A stretch of DNA of 64,000 nucleotides from a virus. The translations under genes and the position numbers were made by a program. Of the stretch, positions 47,378-57,773 are shown piece after piece; position 1 is the stretch's first letter; each line of letters starts with the position of its first letter. Location of the stretch: positions 1 through 64,000 of the IMG/VR virus record IMGVR_UViG_3300010397_000001. The stretch is one strand, 5' to 3'. The notes below the pieces were generated by a model. The model worked only from the letters and a program-made list of their open reading frames with translations. It had not been told where the DNA came from and did no database searches.

Positions 47378-47622
47378 ACACCTATCGCGCAAGTATGATT
47401 CCATTTGCACTCTGACCAGGCAAAACTATATTGCCTGTCGCCCTACGGCTTAACGAGGTTTTTGGTGTTTTCCAGGTACGAAATCGTGCGCACAATCTCT
47501 GGCATCGACTTCACCTTGGGTGCCTACCCATTCAAGTGGATGGCGGAGATGCGCTGTAGGTCGATAAATCAGTACCGGTACGGCCTTAAGTACAAGGTGC
47601 GCAAGATTGAGAAGGTGAAGTA

Positions 47623-48084
47623 ATGGACCTGTTCGATTACCGGTTCTTTATCAGTGAAGATCTGCTCGAAAACACAGCCGTGTTGTCCATGTTGACCACG
47701 GAGTGGCGTTCAGAAGCTGAAGATCGACATCTGCTCGTACAAGGGCCGGCGGAGATGAAGGTCTTCACGAACAACGACCTACTCCCGCACAACGGCTTCG
47801 TGCGGCTGCCACCAAAGATGGTGCTGGTGCGTATCTCCGGTCCGATCATCGACGACTACCTGAACCCTCACGCCAACTGCCCTGACTGGGCCTACCTTCA
47901 TGTCACGTGTCAGAGGTGTAGGCGCAAGTATCAGTGCAACCCTTTCGACGACTACTACTGCACTCCTGAAGGCGACCATGCGTGCGGTCCGTGTCTGTTC
48001 AAGGGAAAGAAGGTCGCGCACATCGACCTGGAAGCACCGCTAGAGAAACCCATCTTCGTGCAGTACCCGCCTTCACCGAGTTAG
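47623..48084 (+). CDS. Cys-rich hypothetical protein
   Basis: CQRC...C...C...CGPC. Confidence 0.5.
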   Translation: MDLFDYRFFISEDLLENTAVLSMLTTEWRSEAEDRHLLVQGPAEMKVFTNNDLLPHNGFVRLPPKMVLVRISGPIIDDYLNPHANCPDWAYLHVTCQRCRRKYQCNPFDDYYCTPEGDHACGPCLFKGKKVAHIDLEAPLEKPIFVQYPPSPS

Positions 48085-48120
48085 TAGACTGTTCAATACA
48101 TTAACTGAATGGAGCTGACA

Positions 48121-48321
48121 GTGGCGCGTGTGTAGATCATCATCACAGCCGACGATGGAAGGACTGAAAGCTTCGAGTTGTCGGCACGCGAAGACTTGCT
48201 GTCCATGAAAAACATCAACGAGTCGAGCCAGGAAGCTGGCAAGTTCTTTCAATCCCTGTACACGAGGTTCACCTTGAAGTACTTCAAGCTCTTCGACACC
48301 AAGGGCGGAATGAAGGAGTAG
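48121..48321 (+). pseudogene. Paralogue of the next gene interrupted by TAG at codon 5
   Basis: MARV*IIITADDGR...AREDLL versus MALVRMVITADNGR...VREDLL; RBS GGAG. Confidence 0.6.
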
Positions 48322-48324
48322 ACG

Positions 48325-48507
48325 GTGGCGCTTGTACGGATGGTCATCACAGCGGACAACGGTAGGAAGGCGGTCGCGCTCTTTCAGGTGCGGGAAGACC
48401 TGCTCACCACTGCTTCAGACGCTGTACAGGATGCGGAACTGAGTAGGGTCAGTCGCCAGTTCACAGACGCATACGCACAGCTCTTCAAACAAAAGGATCA
48501 GACGTGA
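48325..48507 (+). CDS. Small hypothetical protein
   Basis: RBS AAGGAG; tandem paralogue of the upstream ORF. Confidence 0.6.
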   Translation: MALVRMVITADNGRKAVALFQVREDLLTTASDAVQDAELSRVSRQFTDAYAQLFKQKDQT

Positions 48508-49841
48508 CGAACACACCGGCTACCGTCATCCACCTGTCGGCTCATGATCCCAAACGCATGATCGTGGTGAAGCCGGCCAGGGAGGTGCACTGGTGGAAGC
48601 GGTGGCAGGCGGAACGCGAGTGCAGCAAGATGTGGGGCCACTGCTACCACCCTGAGGGAATGGTCGACTGGTTCTGCTGCATGTGCGGTCACGAAGAAGA
48701 CGGCATGCCAGAAGACGAGTGCAAGATCTGCCGAATGACTACAAAGGATGAATCATGAGCATTGAGTTCAAGCTCGACAACTTCCACGTCGTGGGCTACG
48801 TCTGCGGTGTGTGTGGCAACAAGCTCTTCTTCGACATGTCCGTGCGTCCGGAACACAACGGCCGGATCGACTCGGTGCGCGCCGACGTGTTGCGCCATCT
48901 CATGGTGGACCACAAGCGCCGGCAGGTCGACATGTTCAGCGTGCTCTCGCCGATCAACGCCGGCCACGAACTTGTTGTCGCCGAGGACGGTGGTGCGCTA
49001 CCGGGCTACTTCCACGAGGCGTGCGAACAGCCGGTCGACACGTTGCTTCAGGTACTGGAGCACGAATGCCGGCAGCGGCCCAACTGCTCGGACCTGACAC
49101 TAGTCCTGCTGAAGGAAACGCGTACTCGCCTTGGTGGTGTGACGGCGTGAAGGTGATCGTCCGCTACATCGACGGCACGGAGGAGAACTTCGAAGACGTA
49201 TACAAGACTTCTATCCAGAATGGTGTGTACTACCTCTGGGCCAAGAGGTATGTCAGCCTGCCGCACGACGACAGCCGTATCCACATCGCGTGCATCCCCT
49301 TGACTGCGATGCTCAAGTGGAAGGAAGTAGATTGATCGACTACACCGAGCCGCGCAACTACGACGAGTGGGTGGCTGCACAGTCAAAGCACATCCAGCTC
49401 ATTGGAACTGGGGCGGAGACAGCGACCATCTTCTGTTGCCCCTTCTGCACCTACCCGAACTTCTCCAGGGTGCGCATCACCCACACCAACGAAGACATGT
49501 CCAGGCCGCGTACATGCCAGCATTGCGGACGCGTCTCGTGCTTCCTGGTCGGCCTGACAGAACAAGGCGGCGTCGCTGTGGAGGTCGTACAGTTCGCTGG
49601 TGCCGAACCCCAGGACTTCATACGTGATTCTCCTTCTGGGGCGCCACGGTGGTTCCTGGGCTGCCCTGTGTGGCGCGTGGAAGACAAGGTGACGCGACAG
49701 GAAGTGAGCTACCTGACCGCGCCCAGGGGTTCATACGATCAAGTTGTGTGTACCTGGGAGTTCAACCACACTAGTCCGCACTCCTTCGTGCCAATCAGTT
49801 CTGCCGAAGGTTACATTGCGAGGAACAACTTCAGGGAGTGA
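48504..49841 (+). other. Run of small coupled ORFs, mostly Cys-rich (48504-48758, 48755-49150, about 49147-49335, about 49332-49841)
   Basis: Overlapping start/stop codons; CxxC motifs in most. Confidence 0.55.
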
Positions 49842-50023
49842 AGCGTGGCTGATTCAATGCGCGAAAAGAGCGCTGAATGCTTGTGTCGTTGGGGGCCAGT
49901 CACTCGCAGGCATGGGCAGTATGTTGATGCAGGAGACGAACTGCTCGAACTTCATCCAAACTGTCCTGATCACGGACACCAGATGGGCGAAGAACTTCGA
50001 GAACTGAGGAAAGGGGACCGTTA

Positions 50024-50890
50024 GTGGCAACAACACTCCGCACCGATGGGTCACGATTGGCAGACCCGCGTCTCGGCCGTATCCCGAAGTTCGACCCGCG
50101 TTCGCTGAACTACAACATCCGCGGTCTCGTGCAGGAAGTCCCGCAGGAAGTCCAGCCGCAGCACCTCCGGTCGTACACGTGGGGCGACAGTGACCACCTC
50201 GACCAGGGTCAGTGCAGCGGTTGTGTCGGCTTCGGCATCAGCGGCGACCTCGCGGCCAACCCGGTTCCGGTGCACGGTATCGACAACAAGTACGCGGAAG
50301 AGGGGGTGTACTGGAACATCCAGCGCGCCGACGACTACCCCGGTGGCGAGTACCCCGGTGCGTCCCCGCAGTCCGGCGGCACCTCGGTCACGGACGGCAT
50401 GCGGTGGGCCAAGTCGCAGGGCTGGTACCTCGAATACCGATGGGCCACCAACGAGCTGGATCTCGCCTACGCGGTCGGCCACATCGGGCCGGCGATCATC
50501 GGAGTCAACTGGTACGAGTCCATGATGGACACCGACAAGGACGGCAACCTCGAAATCAGTGGTTCCGTCATCGGTGGTCACTGCGTGCTCGTGCGCGGCA
50601 TCCACGTCATGTCCGGTGGCAAGCGCCGCTACCGCATCCGCAACTCGTGGTCGGCACAGTGGGGCATGGACGGTGACGCGTGGATCACCTCCGAGGACAT
50701 GGACCGCCTGATGCACGAAGACGGCGAGTTCGCCATCCCCACGCGTCGCAACCCGGCCAAGCTGACGGTCGTCTCGGACAGCGCCATGTTCGTGCAGGGT
50801 TCCACGGAAAACACGGTGGAGTACAAGCCGTTGTGGAAGCAGCAGTACGAAGCGGAGCAGACGAGCGTTACCGGTACGCCGGCACTCTAA
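50024..50890 (+). CDS. Papain-like (C1 family) cysteine peptidase
   Basis: LDQG..SGCVGF (Q, C), GGHCVL..G (H) and IRNSW...WG..G (N). Confidence 0.9.
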   Translation: MATTLRTDGSRLADPRLGRIPKFDPRSLNYNIRGLVQEVPQEVQPQHLRSYTWGDSDHLDQGQCSGCVGFGISGDLAANPVPVHGIDNKYAEEGVYWNIQRADDYPGGEYPGASPQSGGTSVTDGMRWAKSQGWYLEYRWATNELDLAYAVGHIGPAIIGVNWYESMMDTDKDGNLEISGSVIGGHCVLVRGIHVMSGGKRRYRIRNSWSAQWGMDGDAWITSEDMDRLMHEDGEFAIPTRRNPAKLTVVSDSAMFVQGSTENTVEYKPLWKQQYEAEQTSVTGTPAL

Positions 50891-51593
50891 CCGCATGAAG
50901 CCTGTGGACTGGGTGGCGTACGAGCGTTGTCCAGTCTGCTTCAGGGCGTGGAGCTGCGTGGCGAAGACGCCCAAGTTCGTGGAACTCAAGAAACCGCACA
51001 AGGGACGGAAGTTGAAGTGAGCATGTTGACGTTCAACATCAAGGGCCACGTGTTCGAGTGGAACGGCACGAAGGACCGCGACGCACTGCAACAGTTCCTC
51101 GATCAGTACGCGCTGGTGCCATGCACCATCGACTCCATCGGTGAATCGGCCGGTATCAGGGGTGGAGACCTCGGGAGTTTGGCGAGCGGCTTCAGCGTTT
51201 CCTCCAGCCAGATCAACCCCGGCGCGTACGTTGCCATCATCGGTCCGTCGGTGGTAGTGCTCAGCAAGCAGCAGGTTAGCTCGCTGATGGCGCCGTAGTG
51301 GGGCGTCACAGCGCGGAAGAATACGATTCAAAAGATGAAGTGACAGTGGTGCTGAGCCATCGGCGGTCGTCTGACGACGGCTGGTACATCGTGGCTCTGC
51401 TGGCGGTCATCTTCTTCGCTGGATCTGTGATGCTGGTGTGGGATCCACTCGGTTTGACAAGGTTGGTAGTGTCGTTGCTGTCAAGGGTCTAGCGAACTTG
51501 GCAAGGTTGTGATCGGCCCTCACGTCGCAGGGGTGGGGGCCGCTTACTTCTCAACGTGAAGCTTGCTAAGTCCATAGTGGATATTCAGCTCTT

Positions 51594-51746
51594 GGAAGGC
51601 GCGCGGTGCCTGTTTTAGCCGCCGTCGTACACACGTGGGTCTCCAGGCGGTGGTTACAACTCTCGTCGTGGTCAGTTCTTCCATCACAAACACGTGCGCG
51701 CGACGGGTCCACGGCGAACAGTGGGGTTCGACTCCTCGGCCTTCTA
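51594..51746 (+). ncRNA. tRNA-like RNA 1 (acceptor stem + T-arm, large central insert)
   Basis: GGAAGGC/GCCTTCT acceptor stem; TGGGG-TTCGACT-CCTCG T-arm; no canonical D or anticodon arm. Confidence 0.5.
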
Positions 51747-51994
51747 CTAGGGGTGGTACAACTATGCTCCTTCAAGATTCGCGGTTGGTATCGGCATGCG
51801 CAGGCTCTCTTGGTCGGGAACTTCTGTGAAGTCAAACGCCTGTAATCCGGATGCCTCCTGTTCTGCAAGTTCAGGCTGTAAAGGCACCGGTACGCGATAG
51901 ACGTGGTGACCCGTCTAATGAAGCTCATGGTCATCGCCGGCGGCTGAAACTGTCCGGCATGTCGCAGGAAGCGGCGCCTCTGGGGGATAGGGGC

Positions 51995-52034
51995 GGCTTG
52001 TGGGTAGGGTCATGGGTGTTCCTACCCACAAGCC
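51995..52034. repeat. Strong hairpin immediately 5' of tRNA-like RNA 2
   Basis: GGCTTGTGGGTAGG/CCTACCCACAAGCC. Confidence 0.75.
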
Positions 52035-52038
52035 ACTA

Positions 52039-52177
52039 GGGGAGTTAGCTGAAGCGGCCTACAGCTGATAGCACTAGATGTAAAGGTGGAATGTGCTTAG
52101 TCGTCCTACTGGCGACATTCCGAGTGTGTTTTGCTCGGACCACCTGGCCACCGTGGGTTCGAATCCCACACTCCCCA
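52039..52177 (+). ncRNA. tRNA-like RNA 2 with expanded anticodon domain
   Basis: GGGGAGT/ACTCCCC-A acceptor stem, TA-GCTG..GG..CAGC D-arm and GTGGG-TTCGAAT-CCCAC T-arm; 139 nt. Confidence 0.7.
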
Positions 52178-52321
52178 CTCGCTGCGCACCGTCGCAGAGA
52201 CAACAAATAACGGTAGCTACGGAGTGATCAACCGTGGCGGCTAGGTGATACGGGGCCTAGAGCCGGCGGTCGGGGAACCGGGCCACCTCCCTACTTAACC
52301 CCAATGACGCGCCGGCAACCC

Positions 52322-52438
52322 GGGGATGTAGCTCAATGACAGAGCGGAAAAGCCATCACTAGGAACCACCGTGAGAACAGGTTGCGGCATGGACCGTGCG
52401 TGATGGATTCGATTCAGGTTCAAGTCCTGACATCCCCT
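52322..52438 (+). ncRNA. tRNA-like RNA 3 with extended anticodon arm
   Basis: GGGGATG/CATCCCC acceptor stem, TA-GCTC-AATGACA-GAGC D-arm, TCAGG-TTCAAGT-CCTGA T-arm and CCATCAC/GTGATGG stem; 117 nt. Confidence 0.7.
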
Positions 52439-52805
52439 CTGCGTTGACCAGGTGAATCACGACTGCACACAATGCGGCTCGACGTTCATCAGCAACCTGG
52501 CCGGCGTAGTCCTGTAGTCGACGAAAGGGATGGTTCGTGCTTCAGCTCACGGAACGACCGACGCGTCAGAAGGCCAAGAAGTTCAGGCGCGCAGGCAGTA
52601 CCGAGAAGGGAAGCGAGGCGGCCGATCTCGGCTACGTCTACTTCTCCCCAGAGGAGTGGGCGGCAATCGAAGCGGCCGCGCAGAACAGGTCCGCGGAGTA
52701 GTTGTACTACGAGAGACGAACGGCGTGTTGGTGGCTTACCCCCGTGGGCCATCGGCACGCCGTTCTTTCATGTCCGGAGTTTGTGACACTTCATAGGATG
52801 AATCC

Positions 52806-53462
52806 ATGACTTCTATTCCAGATGACTACCCGCTGCGCCCTCGTGGCCCGCTGAAGGGTGCGATCCCAGGACATCCCGAGTACGACAATCTGCGGTGGTG
52901 GAGCAGCGCGGTTAAAGCCCACCCTCAGATTGGCGATGTGCTCAAGGATGACACCGGCCGCGATCTATTTAGGTTCGTTGGTCCCACTGACGACCCTGAA
53001 GACGGCACAGACTATGAGTGGCGCCCCATCCCTGCTGTGCCGGCAGAACCAAAGCCTGAGCACGCACCTGGATGCCATGCTGTGCACTACCCAGGCACTC
53101 CGTGCTTCGACACCCCTGTTCGCACGGCATTCGTGCATCAACCTGGCTGCAACACCGACCACACGCCGGAGCAGCGCTGTATCAAGGTGAACAAGTTCTT
53201 CGGCCGCGATGGCATCGAAGATCTCGGTATGGCAGTGGACCGCGAAGCACAGATCCGCAACAACCACGCCTACCACGCTCCGAATGACGCCAACACGATT
53301 CACGCGCATCAGATCGTGCGTGCTCAAACCACAGACCTCGCCATCTTCTTCGAACGCCTGCTCCCGGAAAGCCACGAGAAGGAATACGCCCTGAAGGCCA
53401 TCCGCGAGGCGATGATGTGGGGCAACGCCGCCATCGCCATTCATGGGGTGAAGCAGTCATGA
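52806..53462 (+). CDS. Protein with C-terminal Acb2/Tad1-like helical hairpin domain and His/Cys repeats
   Basis: YHAP......H..VR.......F...LP.S.EK..AL..I.EAMMW.NAAIA. Confidence 0.6.
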   Translation: MTSIPDDYPLRPRGPLKGAIPGHPEYDNLRWWSSAVKAHPQIGDVLKDDTGRDLFRFVGPTDDPEDGTDYEWRPIPAVPAEPKPEHAPGCHAVHYPGTPCFDTPVRTAFVHQPGCNTDHTPEQRCIKVNKFFGRDGIEDLGMAVDREAQIRNNHAYHAPNDANTIHAHQIVRAQTTDLAIFFERLLPESHEKEYALKAIREAMMWGNAAIAIHGVKQS

Positions 53463-53797
53463 CGCTCAACATGAAGGCCAACCCTTCTGACGCCGACTGG
53501 TACTGGTCCGCCATCATCGTTGACAGCTTCGGTGAGACGGACAACTACGACGGCTACGCGGTTGGTGACAGGCCCACTCAGTCAAACTTCCAGGAATGGC
53601 ACGGACAGGGTTCGTTGGGCCACAACCACTCATGGGTGGCCGGCATGATGCACGTGCACGACGAAGACCTCGAAACCGTATCCAAGATGCGACCGGTCAC
53701 GTGCGAGGTGTGCGATCTGGTCTACGGCAGCAAGCCGAAGAAGATCAAGGTGCTCGACTGGGAAGTCACGGCCATCCCCAAGAAGTCGCGCATGTGA
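53459..53797 (+). CDS. Hypothetical protein
   Basis: ATGA coupling; CEVC. Confidence 0.5.
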   Translation: MTLNMKANPSDADWYWSAIIVDSFGETDNYDGYAVGDRPTQSNFQEWHGQGSLGHNHSWVAGMMHVHDEDLETVSKMRPVTCEVCDLVYGSKPKKIKVLDWEVTAIPKKSRM

Positions 53798-54069
53798 AGA
53801 AGCTCAACACCGAATCAAACGGTAGCGGCGAAAGGTACATCGACGGCGTCAAGCACGTATGGAGCATCTTCGACAACGCGTGGGTGACGCTGGACTACTG
53901 GAGGTGGGTCAATGGGAAAGGCGAAAAAGCCGTGGAAGCCGAGACCACAGCCGCCGATTGATGTCCTGGTGCACTGTGACAGGGCCGTGGAACGCCTTCA
54001 GGAGGTCGTGGGGCGCATAAACAGCCTTCTGGCACCCCCAACCAAGGACAAGGCCACCTGGCGGCTCTG

Positions 54070-54663
54070 GTGAGCCTCCTGGAATGGCTGTACGCGGACG
54101 ATCCTGGCTGGTTCAGGTTCTTCACCACAGACGAGTGGGAAGCGATGGTCAACGCCGACCTGTACCTCTCGTACGTTCGCACGCTTGACGACATAGTTGA
54201 CGTCCCCTGGAGACACGGGGGCTTCGATCTGACTGAAAGACCACCTGTTTTGCCCTCGTTGATAGGGTTCGTTCAGCCAGTGAATCAACAGCCACAACCA
54301 AGGAGCGAAGTGAACGCCACCAAGAACGATCCCTATGCCGTCAGGAACGACCCCTACGCGACACCGCAACACGTGCACGTCGAAGCCGGAGTGGAACACG
54401 GCGCGATGGTCGCCAAGCCGGACATCCTGAAGGAGGAGGTGGCCGACGCGAAGAAGGTCGAGGGGTACTTCAGATTCTTCAGTGGCTCCAAGATGGTCGT
54501 GATCGACACCGTGGCGAACACGTACGGAGCCAACCCGACCGATCTGCACGAATCCACGTACGGACTCTTCTTCACCGACGACTCCGGCGGCAAGAACTTC
54601 GTGCCGTGGAGTTCGATCGAGAGCATCCAGGAAGACGAGGACGCTCAGGACGACAGCGAGTGA
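54070..54663 (+). CDS. Hypothetical protein
   Basis: GTGA coupling. Confidence 0.5.
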   Translation: MSLLEWLYADDPGWFRFFTTDEWEAMVNADLYLSYVRTLDDIVDVPWRHGGFDLTERPPVLPSLIGFVQPVNQQPQPRSEVNATKNDPYAVRNDPYATPQHVHVEAGVEHGAMVAKPDILKEEVADAKKVEGYFRFFSGSKMVVIDTVANTYGANPTDLHESTYGLFFTDDSGGKNFVPWSSIESIQEDEDAQDDSE

Positions 54664-54688
54664 TCTACAGCCCCCGCAAGGGGGCACC

Positions 54689-54758
54689 TGGCGTGCATCG
54701 GTTGCACTGTGTATCCGGAGACGGGAAAACACAGCGGGTTCGATTCCCGCTCACGCCA
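54689..54758 (+). ncRNA. tRNA-like RNA 4 (minimal)
   Basis: TGGCGTG/CACGCCA closing stem, CTGTGT/ACACAG arm and GCGGG-TTCGATT-CCCGC T-arm; preceded by a GCCCCC-GCAA-GGGGGC hairpin. Confidence 0.5.
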
Positions 54759-54790
54759 CGACATTCATCCGCTGAAGGGAAGCAGTAGAG

Positions 54791-55321
54791 ATGAACTGGG
54801 AACAAGAAGGATCAGCCAACTGGGAACCGAGTAACCGTGAACGTACGCCGTTAGGGCCACGACTACGTGAAGGCTGGCAAGACCTGACGGACACAGGCAC
54901 CAACGTCATCAAGTGGCCTTGGCGTCTCCGCGCGGCCATGAAGTATCAGGCACGTAGGCAGGCCAAGAAGAACAGCCCTCAGGTGTGGTGGGGGCGACAG
55001 TTCATCAGGATCGCCAAGTTCCTCACGGCCTGCTGGCTACTGATCGCTACCGCTGACGTGATCTGGTCCAGCACTCGGAGGCAGCACGACTGGAACATCG
55101 AGAAGTTCATGTTGTCAATGAGTGTGTACCTCATCGCCGGCATCGTCTGCTGGGCGGACCGCGCTCTGCGGGAGATGGGATTCCGCATGATTGCTGTCGG
55201 TACCGCCCCGTCCTACTCGCTGACAATGGGCCGGCATGTTGCGCAGGATCCGACCAACCTCGTTATCCGTACCTTCGATCACAGTGGACGTCAATTTGCT
55301 TTCGTCGTCAAGGAGGACTGA
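54791..55321 (+). CDS. Membrane protein
   Basis: Two hydrophobic segments. Confidence 0.5.
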   Translation: MNWEQEGSANWEPSNRERTPLGPRLREGWQDLTDTGTNVIKWPWRLRAAMKYQARRQAKKNSPQVWWGRQFIRIAKFLTACWLLIATADVIWSSTRRQHDWNIEKFMLSMSVYLIAGIVCWADRALREMGFRMIAVGTAPSYSLTMGRHVAQDPTNLVIRTFDHSGRQFAFVVKED

Positions 55322-57180
55322 TGCGTGTTCTTGCTGTTACAGGAGCAGTACTGTTGCTGTCTTCGCTTGTGTGCATCATTTTCAACCTCATCAAGATTCG
55401 CGACTATCTAGAAAACATCAATGACGAGCTGAGGCCGTTGGAACGTATCCCACTGAACCCGTTCGCTGTGATCGACAAGCTGAGCGAGATTAACAAGGAG
55501 CTTCAGCGCCTGAATTTTCAGCAGAACAAACCACCCATGGGAGGTAGCCGCGATGTCTGAACGTGATGAACGCATCGCCATGGTGGTTGAAGAGGTCATG
55601 AAGGTACTGGACACGCATGAACTCGACTACGAAGACATCCTCCTCGCGCTTACGGCATCACAACAGAAGGTGATGCGGGAGTATCTGGGCACCAGGGAGC
55701 AGATTCAAAGCATGAAGAAGGTTCTCATGCTGGCTGATCTGGACTTGGTCAGATCTACAGAAGGAGCAGACCCACTGGTCTACGTGGTCGAGATCGACCA
55801 GATCCTCAGGTTCGACTACGACAGCGGACAGTGGGTTCGATTAAGGTCATGGAGCGAAGTGACGCTGCATGATGTCGGAATACCGCGAAGTGAGGAGAAG
55901 GACTAGTGCCCAAGGATGAGTTGTCAGCGCGACGTGACAAGAAGGTTGAACCGCCGGTGATGGGTGTCGTCTCGGCGGCTGACCATCTGAAGAACAAGCG
56001 TGTGTGTCTGGACGTCGCCGGCCGCGTGCTCAATTACAACGTCGCCAGCAACGAATCGGTCAGCAACGACGCGCTCGATGAGCTGGCCGAACGCGTCGCG
56101 TACCTCGCTGACCAGTTGATGGAGTACTTCGCATGATGTGCCCAACGTGCAAGCATCTGGGCACCATCAACGTAGAGCTGGCGGCTGCTGGAAAGCCGTT
56201 GGTACCCCACACAGCAGAAGACTGTGAATGGCCGGCAGGCGACTCTACAACGGGTCAGTTGGCGTCGTGCTTCTGCCAACACAAGGGAGTTGTTCGGGAA
56301 ATTAAGGAGATCAAGCTGGACAGCTACGGCCCTGACGTCGGGGGCTTCGGAAAGATTGTGTCCGTCACTGAAGTTGAGGGGTAGTCCCTATGGATGTTGA
56401 GTTCGGCAAGGAAGAAGCAGACCACGTCACCAACCACATCGCCATGCTCCGCACCGATCTGGCGAACCAGCTAGCGGTAATTCGGACAGCCATGCAACCT
56501 CCTTCTGACGGCGACTACCTCTACGGAACGTTCAGAAACTACGCGGAAGCCATCACCTCTTTTGCCGGCTGTCTGTTGGACATCGCGGAGTTCCTGGACA
56601 AGTTCATGCAGGGGATCGACATCACTGCGAGGGCACTGTCCAACACCCCTACGCAAGACAGTTAGAGTTGATCGCATGACAGACGCCATCACCGTGCCGA
56701 TCACGGCGATTATGGTGCTTGACGCTCGGTATCGCTGGTGGTGGCGTCGTGCGGTCAAGCCTGGCAAGCATCTCCCGTCGGCAGGAATGCTTGATTCAAC
56801 TGATGAAGACGGAACCAAGCACGTACTCGTACCTGTTTCATGTACCAGGTTCGGACGTCTGATGCGTAGCGAGGGGTTGACCGGTGACTGTCGGCCTGGG
56901 CGCTACCTCCTAGTGATAGCTGAAGGGGTGCCACCGCGTCTTGAGAACATACTGGAAACAATTTAAGGACAGTCCGCCACTGTTACAGTGCGCAGTCCTG
57001 GTAGAGGGAGGAGCTTGGTTCTTCTCTGTCAAATTCATTGACAACATTGCTCAATGGAACGAATCAGCTGTGAGGTTCTTCTTCTCAGCGGCGCTAATAA
57101 CGTGGTTCCTGGCGGATCTGTTGCGTTGGAACGTAGAATACGATTCATGCAATCAATCAGAATCTCACGACAAACTCTGA
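55321..57180 (+). other. Run of small hypothetical ORFs
   Basis: Coupled ORFs 55321-55560, 55553-55906, 55906-56136, 56133-56384, 56390-56665, about 56676-56966, 56941-57180. Confidence 0.5.
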
Positions 57181-57773
57181 ACGCCGCGCGCCTGGCTAGC
57201 CATTATGACAACTACCGCACCGCGTTCAACAAGCCGCCTTACAAGCCAGAGGGAACCAATTTCGTGCCAGGGGTGGGCAACACCACCCCTCGGATCGTCT
57301 TCGTCGGTGAAGCGCCCGGCGAGAACGAGGATAGGTTGCGTGTCCCCTTCTGTGGCAAGGCTGGCAGGCTACTTGCTCAAGCTATGGCCGATTCAGGACT
57401 GAACCGTGCGAGGATTCCTTGGTACATAACGAATCTCGTGAAGTACCGGCCACCAGGAAATAAGCTGTCGCACGAGGTTGCCACGCCGGCATATCCTATG
57501 TTGCGTACAGAAATTCAGATCCTGAATCCAAGGATCGTCGTCCCACTAGGACAGTGGAGTACAGCGGCATGGTTCCAGAACTTCAGCATCACTCAGGTGG
57601 CGGGGAACATCTACAGCAAGCGGCACGGCGACCACATGATCGAGGTGATGCCGATGCTGCATCCCTCGTACCTCCTGAGGAAGAACGACCCGAAGTTGTT
57701 TCAGGACTACGTCACCCTCTTCCGGGAGCTGACGACCTACGTGCGTTCGTCGAAGCAGCAGGCCACACGCTAA
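57147..57773 (+). CDS. Uracil-DNA glycosylase (family 4-like)
   Basis: VGEAPG.NED....PF.G.AG.LL, ITN.VK.RPPGN and HPSYLLR. Confidence 0.88.
   Translation: MQSIRISRQTLNAARLASHYDNYRTAFNKPPYKPEGTNFVPGVGNTTPRIVFVGEAPGENEDRLRVPFCGKAGRLLAQAMADSGLNRARIPWYITNLVKYRPPGNKLSHEVATPAYPMLRTEIQILNPRIVVPLGQWSTAAWFQNFSITQVAGNIYSKRHGDHMIEVMPMLHPSYLLRKNDPKLFQDYVTLFRELTTYVRSSKQQATR

Noticed and set aside
48133-48135. Genome-wide TAG recoding
   Set aside because: TAG terminates many clear genes (dnaE, GT2, helicase, holin) with proper downstream coupling
50051-51331. Long antisense ORFs (this 426-aa one, 23105-23920, 25359-26168, 36859-37641 and others)
   Set aside because: Shadow frames of GC-biased sense genes with no recognisable motifs or RBS
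52039-52438. Calling these canonical tRNAs with assigned anticodons
   Set aside because: No 5-bp stem with a 7-nt anticodon loop at the expected position, so no amino acid can be assigned
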